Origin: a virus
DNA: 43,058 nucleotides
IMG/VR virus record: IMGVR_UViG_3300020138_000003
Coordinates: 1 to 43,058 of that record
Reading direction: 5' to 3' (one strand)
Shown here: one piece after another, positions 32,729 through 39,861 of the stretch
Numbering within the stretch: position 1 is the first letter of the stretch
Layout: the number at the start of each line of letters is the position of its first letter
The notes under the pieces: model-generated
The model's input: the letters and a program-made list of their open reading frames with translations, nothing else
Database searches by the model: none
Told to the model about the DNA's origin: nothing
Position numbers and translations under genes: made by a program

Positions 32729-33064
32729 ATGCGCGGCGATGTTATCGTCCTCCGTCCCAACCGCGGGCCAGAAACCCGTACCTATTTCGGCCGCCCACCC
32801 TACGATCTGGTATCCAGTGCTGTAGGTGGGTCGATCGAGATCGTACCGATGTTCGATCACGTTCAGTTGTTCGACGGTACGTCCACCCGAGCAGTGGTGT
32901 TCTGTAATTCAGAAGCCTACATGCTCGATTTGCCCGACAACTTTTGGGCTACGGCAGCATGGCACTATATCATCCGAGCCAAGGGTGAGAAGCGTCCGCT
33001 CGCTATGCTCAAAGGCACTGTCATAATCATCACAGGTGACGATGAGTTCATGGAGGAACTCTAA
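32729..33064 (+). CDS. DUF3846-like protein (tentative), 111 aa
   Basis: The pattern GGSIEIVP ... VVFCNSEAYMLDLPDN ... LKGTVIIITGDDEF resembles that family from memory. Confidence 0.4.
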   Translation: MRGDVIVLRPNRGPETRTYFGRPPYDLVSSAVGGSIEIVPMFDHVQLFDGTSTRAVVFCNSEAYMLDLPDNFWATAAWHYIIRAKGEKRPLAMLKGTVIIITGDDEFMEEL

Positions 33065-33621
33065 TGCCAACCAAATCTAAAGTTGCTGGGCCGGCTAAGC
33101 CTAAGTCGGCCAGTAAGGGTAAAGGGACTGCGCCCAAAGACAGCCCCGCTACAACTGTTGTAACCAAACCAACCAAAGGTAACGCTACCATGTCTGACCA
33201 GGTCACGATCATCGATCTCGATATGAACCTCGAAGATTTCGAGGATTATGAGATTTTGCCCGATGGTCCTCTCCCCGGTGAATGCACCATTGCCGAGGTC
33301 CGCACTTCGGACAATGGCAACCAGTATTTCTACACCATGTGGCGGATCGATCCTTCCGATTATCCGCTCGACTACGATCGGGAGAACGCCCCGAACGGAA
33401 CCATCATGAACTATTCGCGTGTTCAGGTTCCGACCCCCGGCGATCGTCGCTCGATCACTTCGGTCAAGAAGTTCATGGCTGCGATGGGCCTGAGCCTCAA
33501 GACCAACTCGATCGATTGCTCGCAGTGGGTTGGCAAGCGCGCCATGCTCAACATTGGGCATCAGGTCTACAACGGTGAGAACCGGAACCAGATCGTGTCG
33601 GTTGAGAACGAGGACGCCTAA
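33064..33621 (+). CDS. DUF669-like putative ssDNA-binding protein (tentative), 185 aa
   Basis: Lies next to the AAA_24 ATPase. Basic low-complexity N-terminus followed by a globular domain. Confidence 0.4.
   Translation: MPTKSKVAGPAKPKSASKGKGTAPKDSPATTVVTKPTKGNATMSDQVTIIDLDMNLEDFEDYEILPDGPLPGECTIAEVRTSDNGNQYFYTMWRIDPSDYPLDYDRENAPNGTIMNYSRVQVPTPGDRRSITSVKKFMAAMGLSLKTNSIDCSQWVGKRAMLNIGHQVYNGENRNQIVSVENEDA
33149..33163. repeat. iterated palindrome CTACAACTGTTGTAA (1 mismatch)
   Basis: Inside 33064..33621, read as ATTVVT. Confidence 0.9.
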
Positions 33622-33740
33622 GGTCAGGCTTAGGCTAAGCTAAGGCATGTGTGCCACAAGGGAAGTTGTTCGGCTAGCTACCGGCGCACCGGCTTAACAG
33701 CGGTCATACCCCTCGACTTGAGGGACATGCCAAGGCTTGG

Positions 33741-33770
33741 GAGGGGGAGATTAATTTCTCCCCCTCTTAT
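33741..33770 (+). terminator. intrinsic terminator GAGGGGGAGA-ttaatt-TCTCCCCCTC-TTATT
   Basis: 10-bp GC-rich stem, confirmed against the ORF-track frame. Confidence 0.65.
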
Positions 33771-33784
33771 TACAACTCTTATAA
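33770..33784. repeat. iterated palindrome TTACAACTCTTATAA (1 mismatch)
   Basis: Intergenic, directly after the terminator 33741..33770 and upstream of the helicase. Confidence 0.9.
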
Positions 33785-33803
33785 CACAAGGATTTGCCCA
33801 TCC

Positions 33804-35027
33804 ATGTCGTTCTCCAACGCTACCCAAGATCAACAGCTAGCAATCGATCTAAGCCTCGACACGGCTAATCGACTTGTTGGCATCACTGGGGCAGCAGGCA
33901 CAGGCAAAACCACCGTTCTCGGTGAAGCAATATCCGAAGCCAAAGATGCTGGATACTCAGTCGCAGTCGCTGCCCCGACTGGCCGTGCCGCCGCTCGGAT
34001 CAAAGAAAAGTCTGGGCATTATGCTCAGACAGTCCATCGCTTGCTTGGCTATGGTGCCCCTGATCCCAATGACCCCAATGATATGCCCATCCCTAAGCGT
34101 GGGCGTAGTAATCCTATCCCTGCCGACTTCATCTTCATTGATGAAGCCTCGATGCTTAGTGATGAACTGCACCGCAATCTTGTTCAAGCTGTTCGCCCCG
34201 GTGCCGTCCTGCGCTACTTCGGGGACATGAACCAACTCCCGCCTGTCGAAGGAACCAGCAAGTTCCAGATGGTGCTCGACAAGTTCCCGTCAGTTACACT
34301 ACAGCACAACTTTCGTTCAGGCGACGGGATCATTCAGGCCAGCCAATCCATACTCAAGGGCCTGCTTCCCGTCACCAACGATCAGGTTTCGATCCTCAAC
34401 ATTGGTTCGCGCCTTGGGCTCACCACGCTCAGCGAGTTCATTGATGAAGAGTTTCTTACTGACCAAGCGCAGATCATCTTGCCCACGCGCGTCGGTCAGC
34501 TTGGTACAAATCTTGTAAACAGGTACATCCAACAGAAGCTCAACACCAATCCTCGGCATCTTGATCTGGTCTATGAAGCCAAAGGTCAGGACCCTGAGCA
34601 GAAGTTGCGCCTACGTCCCGGCGACAAGATCATCTGGACCAAGAACGATTACAATCTCAACCTGTTCAATGGCATGATCGGTCGCGTCGTCAACTTCGAT
34701 GAGTTCGAGGGCTCGATTGTGCTTGAGTTCTATGGGCAGGACAAGGTTATTCCTACAGTCCTCGAACGCTACGATGCACAGAACGATAGGAAAATCTTCC
34801 GGTATGATCCGCGGCGCTACATCGATCTGGCCTACGCAATCACGACGCACAAGTCTCAGGGCTCAGAGTTCCAGCGCGTATTAATGCTGCTCTATCGCAC
34901 TCGTGTCGCATCGCGCCAGAACTTCTATACAGCAATCACTCGTGCTCGTAAGCACGTTACCGTCATCGCTGGCCCCGGTGGCCTTCGATCAGCCATGCAA
35001 CTTCAACGTCAGTCACAGGAGGAATAG
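33804..35027 (+). CDS. SF1 DNA helicase, RecD/Dda-like, 407 aa
   Basis: Motifs ITGAAGTGKTT, FIDEASML, GDMNQLPPV, AITTHKSQGSEF and YTAITRARKHV. Confidence 0.9.
   Translation: MSFSNATQDQQLAIDLSLDTANRLVGITGAAGTGKTTVLGEAISEAKDAGYSVAVAAPTGRAAARIKEKSGHYAQTVHRLLGYGAPDPNDPNDMPIPKRGRSNPIPADFIFIDEASMLSDELHRNLVQAVRPGAVLRYFGDMNQLPPVEGTSKFQMVLDKFPSVTLQHNFRSGDGIIQASQSILKGLLPVTNDQVSILNIGSRLGLTTLSEFIDEEFLTDQAQIILPTRVGQLGTNLVNRYIQQKLNTNPRHLDLVYEAKGQDPEQKLRLRPGDKIIWTKNDYNLNLFNGMIGRVVNFDEFEGSIVLEFYGQDKVIPTVLERYDAQNDRKIFRYDPRRYIDLAYAITTHKSQGSEFQRVLMLLYRTRVASRQNFYTAITRARKHVTVIAGPGGLRSAMQLQRQSQEE
34504..34518. repeat. iterated palindrome GTACAAATCTTGTAA (1 mismatch)
   Basis: Inside the helicase gene, read as GTNLVN. 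Confidence 0.9.
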
Positions 35028-35028
35028 T

Positions 35029-35367
35029 GTGTCTAAGAAATTTAGTAACCAGCGTTTCGGAAAGATCATCGATGAAACGATGGTTACTGTCAATCGGCTC
35101 GGTGCACTCAAAGGTGCTGAGTATGCTGGTGATGATGATCGTCTGGCCAACTTCCGACGCAATGCTGCTGATCTCGAACTGACAATGGAAAGCATCTGGC
35201 GCGTCTATGCTGCCAAGCATTGGGATGCCATCGGTCAATACGTTCGTGACGTTGAACATGGCGTCAAGCGTGAGCGGCTAGAAAGCTTGGCCTCCCGTTG
35301 CGATGATCTGATTGTCTACCTCTTGCTGTTCAAGGCTATGCTCATTGAAGCTGAGGAACTCGAATGA
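35029..35367 (+). CDS. all-alpha NTP-pyrophosphohydrolase-like protein (tentative), 112 aa
   Basis: GTG at 35029 lies 6 nt after AGGAGG. The pattern KGAEYAGDDDRLANFRR resembles MazG/DUF1599-type proteins. Confidence 0.35.
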   Translation: MSKKFSNQRFGKIIDETMVTVNRLGALKGAEYAGDDDRLANFRRNAADLELTMESIWRVYAAKHWDAIGQYVRDVEHGVKRERLESLASRCDDLIVYLLLFKAMLIEAEELE

Positions 35368-35789
35368 TCTACCGCAAATCCAACCATCGGTTTCCAAAGA
35401 AGGCCCCACTTGCCAAGCGTATCTTTGTCTATGGCTCGTCCCTTACTGGTTCGGTCAAGACAGGCTTGGCACACGATGCCTACATGCACCACGGCGCAAC
35501 TGCCGGACATAAGGCCGGTATCAGTGGACAGGCATATGCCATCCCTGTCCGTGACCATAACGATAAGCTCTTGACCTTGATACAGATTGATCTTTGGGTC
35601 AGTCGGTTCTTGGTCTTTGCAGCTGAACATCGAGAGCTACAGTTCGATGTCACGGCTGTCGGTTGCGCCCCCAACGAGTACACGGCACAGCAGATTGCAC
35701 CGTTCTTCCAAGTCCGAACCACCAACATCAGGCTACCGAAATCATTCATCAACGTCCTGATCAACCCAACCCCATTACAAGAGTTGTAA
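35364..35789 (+). CDS. conserved-looking hypothetical protein, 141 aa
   Basis: ATGA overlap upstream. The motif FVYGSSLTG...GISGQAYAIPV is reminiscent of Rossmann/SLOG-like phage proteins, which is very tentative. The stop codon is supplied by a palindrome copy. Confidence 0.55.
   Translation: MIYRKSNHRFPKKAPLAKRIFVYGSSLTGSVKTGLAHDAYMHHGATAGHKAGISGQAYAIPVRDHNDKLLTLIQIDLWVSRFLVFAAEHRELQFDVTAVGCAPNEYTAQQIAPFFQVRTTNIRLPKSFINVLINPTPLQEL
35775..35789. repeat. iterated palindrome TTACAAGAGTTGTAA (0 mismatches)
   Basis: Read as L-Q-E-L-stop. Its TAA is the stop of 35364..35789, and the next ATG follows 1 nt later. Confidence 0.95.
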
Positions 35790-35790
35790 C

Positions 35791-35991
35791 ATGAAGCTCC
35801 AGACCTACACGTTCACCTTCGGCCAGACCGTCAACACTGGCAACTACAACAGCAAGCGTTTCGAGATCACGGCAACCGTTGCCATCGACAAGCCTCTGGA
35901 AGATTGCGCTGAGGACATCGCTGAACTCGAAAACTATGTCCGCGCCAAGGTTGCCGTTATTCACGACAGGATTAAGTCCAGTGCAAACTGA
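35791..35991 (+). CDS. hypothetical protein, 66 aa
   Basis: The ATG lies 1 nt after the palindrome/stop. Confidence 0.5.
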   Translation: MKLQTYTFTFGQTVNTGNYNSKRFEITATVAIDKPLEDCAEDIAELENYVRAKVAVIHDRIKSSAN

Positions 35992-38488
35992 TCTAAAGCT
36001 CCACAAGAAGGAAATGCTCAATCGTTGTATTGAGCTTGATCTTGAACCACAGGTTCTGTGCGATGGCAGGCTCGACGCTGAGCTTGTCATCGTTGCCGAA
36101 GCTCCCGGTGGAACAGAAGTTGCACAGAAGCTCCCACTCGTTGGGAGTTCTGGTGCATTGATCTGGAACATCCTACGCCAGAACAACATCCTCCGTCCGA
36201 ACTTCTACATCACCAATGTCTGTAAGCGACAGATCAGCCTCAGCAGTGAGAAGCGTGCTGCTGTCCCTGCTGATGAATGGACACGGTGGCGCACGCTGTT
36301 TGATTGGGAAATGCGGCAGCTTACGGGTCCCAAGGTAATCCTTGCTATGGGCAACGTGGCTATCGAAGCTCTGCTCGGTGTCACTGGCATCAACAAGTTC
36401 CGTGGCTCAGTCTATGATCTGAACCTCAACGGACATGATGTTAAAGTCATGTGTACCTACAATGCTGCGGCAGTTCTTCGGCAGCCCAAGGATGAAATCA
36501 TTCTGCATTTTGACATCCGGCGGTTTGCTCAGCTTGCTCAGGGCGATTGGAAAGAGTGGCCAGTCACCACGCGCTACGATCTCAGCTTCGATGAAACCCT
36601 TGCCGAGATCGCACGGTTCAAAGCCGAGAACAAAGACACAGCCGTTGACATCGAGTGGACCTCGGGGCGCTTGGCCTGTGTCGGCTTGGCCAACGATGTT
36701 CATCATGCTGTTTGTATCAATTTCCGTGACAGGCTTTCCAATCGCTTTACGACCGAGCAGGAAATCCAAATCATGTTCGCGTTACAAGACTTGTATCAAA
36801 GTCTCGCAGCATCAGGCCACATGATCGGACAGAACAGTTCGTTCGATAGTCATGCTTCTGGCATCTTCGATCACATTGATATGCCGATGAACTATGACAC
36901 GTTGCTTGCTCACCATACACTCTATCCAACCCTACCGCACAACCTCGGTTTCCTCACCAGCATGTACACGACCATGCCGTACTACAAGGACGAGGGCTCC
37001 GAGTGGAAGGAAGATGGTGATGTCACTACGCTCTGGGAGTATAACGGTAAGGACGCCTGCGCAACCCTAGCCGCTAAGATCGGCACTGAGCAAGAGCTAA
37101 AACAGCAAGGGCTCTATGACTTCTTCATCAACCATGTCATGCACTTGCAGCCGCACCTAATCCAATCGACCATTCATGGGATCAGAGTTGATCAGGCTAT
37201 CAAGCGCAAGATCGCAACCGAACTCTCAACCGAAGTCGAGGAAAAGAAGCTCAAGTTCCAGCACTGCGCAAGGATTGCTACTGGCTTACCTGACACATAC
37301 AAGCCCAACCCTGACAGCCCAGCCCAAGTCAAAGACCTGCTCTATACTCGCCTCGGCCTACGGCATCGATCCAATTCCACCGACGCCAATGCTCGGGAAG
37401 ATATGCTCGCCGATCCTCGAACGTCGGCTGCTGCCAAGGAAGTTCTCGTCTCGCTCACCAACTACAAAGCCGATGCGAAGTTCCTGTCAACCTATGCCGA
37501 AAGCCGTGTCGATCCTGACGGCAGGTTCCGCTGCGACTGGAAACAGTACGGCGTTCAGTCAGCACCGGGGCGACTATCTTCATCCAAGACCCTTTGGGGC
37601 ACAGGGATGAACATGCAGAACCAGCCATATCGTGCTCGGCAGTTCTATATTGCTGACGACGATTGTGTGCTGATCTACTTCGACCTTGCGCAGGCTGAGG
37701 CGCGTGTTGTTGGCTACGTCGCCGACATCGACAAGTGGAAGGAAGATTTTGAACGTGCTCGTGTGTCTGGGGATTTCGACTGCCATCGATCCCTTGCCGC
37801 TGACATGTTCAAGATGCCTTACGACGACGTTCCCAAAGACGACCTTGATGAGGATGGCGAGCATACCATCCGTTACATCGCCAAGCGTTGTCGCCACGGC
37901 TTGAACTATCGAATGCAGATTGATCGACTTGCCGAAACAACAGGCTTGTCTTTCTCTCGCGCTGCTCAAGCCTATCATGCCTATCACCGCTTGACCCCAG
38001 AGCTTCAACTCTGGTGGAAGGAGATTGAACACATAGCCAAGCGTGATCGAGAACTGTTCAACGCCTTTGGTCGCAGGATGAAAATCTTGCAGCGCATTGA
38101 CGATGATGCTCTCAAGTCAATCGTTGCGTTCTATCCTCAGTCTACCATTGGGGACAAGGTCTGTGAAGTCTGGTACTCGGCACATGAAGATGATCGATGG
38201 GATAGCCACAAGGCGCGTATTCAGCTTAATGTGCATGATGCTCTCATCGGCATCGCGCACAAGGACTATGCCAAGACTGCTCTGTCGATCATGAAAGCCT
38301 ACGCAGAGAAACCGATCCTGATCGAGAACGTTTACAAGACCAAGCGTGAGCAGCTTATCATTCCTGCTGACTGCGCGATCTCTGCGCTTGAGTTCAAGGA
38401 CAAGAAAGGAAACATCGTCAAGGATACTGTCCATCGCTGGTCGAACTTGCAGAAGCTCAAGCTCGATGCAGCAAGTCTGCCGATCTGA
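35981..38488 (+). CDS. family A DNA polymerase with an N-terminal family-4 UDG-like domain and a 3'-5' exonuclease
   Basis: UDG-like segment VIVAEAPGGTEVAQKLPLVGSSGALIW. Exonuclease motifs VDIEW, QNSSFDS and YNGKD. Polymerase motifs FDLAQAEARV, RYIAKRCRHGLNY and NVHDA. The start is uncertain: GTG at 35981 overlapping the upstream stop, or ATG at 36014. Confidence 0.9.
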   Translation: MQTDLKLHKKEMLNRCIELDLEPQVLCDGRLDAELVIVAEAPGGTEVAQKLPLVGSSGALIWNILRQNNILRPNFYITNVCKRQISLSSEKRAAVPADEWTRWRTLFDWEMRQLTGPKVILAMGNVAIEALLGVTGINKFRGSVYDLNLNGHDVKVMCTYNAAAVLRQPKDEIILHFDIRRFAQLAQGDWKEWPVTTRYDLSFDETLAEIARFKAENKDTAVDIEWTSGRLACVGLANDVHHAVCINFRDRLSNRFTTEQEIQIMFALQDLYQSLAASGHMIGQNSSFDSHASGIFDHIDMPMNYDTLLAHHTLYPTLPHNLGFLTSMYTTMPYYKDEGSEWKEDGDVTTLWEYNGKDACATLAAKIGTEQELKQQGLYDFFINHVMHLQPHLIQSTIHGIRVDQAIKRKIATELSTEVEEKKLKFQHCARIATGLPDTYKPNPDSPAQVKDLLYTRLGLRHRSNSTDANAREDMLADPRTSAAAKEVLVSLTNYKADAKFLSTYAESRVDPDGRFRCDWKQYGVQSAPGRLSSSKTLWGTGMNMQNQPYRARQFYIADDDCVLIYFDLAQAEARVVGYVADIDKWKEDFERARVSGDFDCHRSLAADMFKMPYDDVPKDDLDEDGEHTIRYIAKRCRHGLNYRMQIDRLAETTGLSFSRAAQAYHAYHRLTPELQLWWKEIEHIAKRDRELFNAFGRRMKILQRIDDDALKSIVAFYPQSTIGDKVCEVWYSAHEDDRWDSHKARIQLNVHDALIGIAHKDYAKTALSIMKAYAEKPILIENVYKTKREQLIIPADCAISALEFKDKKGNIVKDTVHRWSNLQKLKLDAASLPI
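36782..36796. repeat. iterated palindrome TTACAAGACTTGTAT (1 mismatch)
   Basis: Inside the polymerase gene in the stop-containing frame, read as LQDLY. TAA is changed to TAT. Confidence 0.9.
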
Positions 38489-38503
38489 TTACAACACTTG
38501 TAA
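38489..38503. repeat. iterated palindrome TTACAACACTTGTAA (0 mismatches)
   Basis: Starts right after the polymerase stop. Its 3' end overlaps the AAAGGAA RBS of the mazG-like gene. Confidence 0.95.
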
Positions 38504-38516
38504 AGGAACCGAACGA

Positions 38517-38948
38517 ATGCAAGTCAATGTTCTCGCCGTTGCCCTGAACGACCTATCCATCCGCTGTCATGTTGCGAGCCGAAATGCCGGTTGGTGGAAC
38601 GAGATCATCAGTAATGTCGGCCTGATCCCAAGCGAGGAAGATAAGCGACACGAAGAATACTTGGTCAACGGCACCTTCCCGTACGTTATAGCTACCAAGA
38701 TCGCGCTAATCCACAGCGAACTTTCGGAAGCTCTCGAAGGCGTTCGGCGCAATGCTGACGACGACAAGCTCCCGCATCGCAAAGCTGTCGAAGTTGAGCT
38801 TGCCGATGCTTTGATCCGCATCTTTGATCTTGCCGGCGCGCTCGATCTCGATCTCGGCGGCGCTGTTATAGAGAAGATGAACTTCAACGTCGCTCGTCCT
38901 GATCATCAGGTTGAGCAGCGCCGTGATCCCAACGGGAAGATTTTCTAA
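38517..38948 (+). CDS. mazG: MazG-like nucleotide pyrophosphohydrolase, 143 aa
   Basis: ATG at 38517 follows AAAGGAA. Motif SELSEALEG...ELADALIRIFDLA. Confidence 0.7.
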   Translation: MQVNVLAVALNDLSIRCHVASRNAGWWNEIISNVGLIPSEEDKRHEEYLVNGTFPYVIATKIALIHSELSEALEGVRRNADDDKLPHRKAVEVELADALIRIFDLAGALDLDLGGAVIEKMNFNVARPDHQVEQRRDPNGKIF

Positions 38949-39148
38949 TGCTTACTCGTGCCAAGAACAAGATACAGATTAGCTGCGATGAGTGCGGGGA
39001 ACCGATGCGCAACAATGCTGGCAAGGAATTGATCTACAACCACGACGAGTTTGACGTCATGATCTCTGATCTACACGATCAGTCTTGGATCACGACGCGC
39101 GACGGAAACATATACACGCATATCTGCCCAGATTGTCAGGAGGATTAA
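38948..39148 (+). CDS. zinc-ribbon-like small protein, 66 aa
   Basis: Cys pairs CDEC ... CPDC. TAATG overlap. Confidence 0.55.
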   Translation: MLTRAKNKIQISCDECGEPMRNNAGKELIYNHDEFDVMISDLHDQSWITTRDGNIYTHICPDCQED

Positions 39149-39484
39149 ATGGCCAGACCTGTTCATGGATTTTTGTCAGTCGATGGCCAGTTCTTTGAAA
39201 CCAAAGAAGCCTGTGATGCGTATGAAAGCCATCGAGCAGTCAAGGCTATTATTGTCCAAAGGCTATCCAAGGCCGCAGACCTAACCGACAACGGCCTGAA
39301 CTACATGACTGCGGTCGTATTCGCCATGCTCGATGAGAACCTCGATGCCTTTGGTGACTATGTGTACACTCATCAAAACGTAACGACAACAAAGCAAGAA
39401 CCTCCCCCTCCGAATGACATTCGTGCATCGGAGATCGGGCCTGCCCTTGCAGAGGTTGTGCCTGAGCCACCTACTGCCCAATAA
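39149..39484 (+). CDS. hypothetical protein, 111 aa
   Basis: AGGAGG Shine-Dalgarno sequence. Confidence 0.6.
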   Translation: MARPVHGFLSVDGQFFETKEACDAYESHRAVKAIIVQRLSKAADLTDNGLNYMTAVVFAMLDENLDAFGDYVYTHQNVTTTKQEPPPPNDIRASEIGPALAEVVPEPPTAQ

Positions 39485-39490
39485 ACAAAA

Positions 39491-39517
39491 GCCCCGAGGA
39501 CTTATCATCCTCGGGGC
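39491..39517. terminator. bidirectional hairpin GCCCCGAGGA-cttatca-TCCTCGGGGC
   Basis: The A-run (AAACAAAA) on the plus side gives a TTTTGTTT tail on the minus strand. This is probably the terminator of the late arm and the end of the main plus operon. Confidence 0.6.
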
Positions 39518-39534
39518 AATGCTTGGAGACACCA

Positions 39535-39861
39535 ATGGCCTTCTCTCTGCGCTACGCTGAACTTGTTCGTAGGCTTCTGCTTGCTGCTGGTACCAACGGC
39601 ATCGGTCAGCGTGATCTACACCAGCGTTCTCGTACTCCAAAGTACAACATCGATGACCTGCTCATGTTGCTTCATGCTTGGCAACGCCGCAATTGGGTCG
39701 ATCATTACAAGATTGGAGCTAAGCATTACTGGCGCGCGACACAGCTTTTGCATGACCAGTGGTTCATCGTTACAAGTGTTGTATCAGACGTGCTCACTGC
39801 GGACCTCCCGCCATCGGCGCTAAGTCCTTCGCAAAATCAAACCGACGACCCGGAGGCATGA
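39535..39861 (+). CDS. winged-helix-like DNA-binding protein candidate, 108 aa
   Basis: GGAGA lies 5 nt upstream of the ATG at 39535. HTH-plus-wing pattern GIGQRDLHQRSRT ... VDHYKIGAKHYWRAT. The 3' end overlaps the convergent giant gene by 68 nt. Confidence 0.45.
   Translation: MAFSLRYAELVRRLLLAAGTNGIGQRDLHQRSRTPKYNIDDLLMLLHAWQRRNWVDHYKIGAKHYWRATQLLHDQWFIVTSVVSDVLTADLPPSALSPSQNQTDDPEA
39770..39784. repeat. iterated palindrome TTACAAGTGTTGTAT (1 mismatch)
   Basis: Inside the winged-helix candidate gene, read as VTSVVS. Confidence 0.9.
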
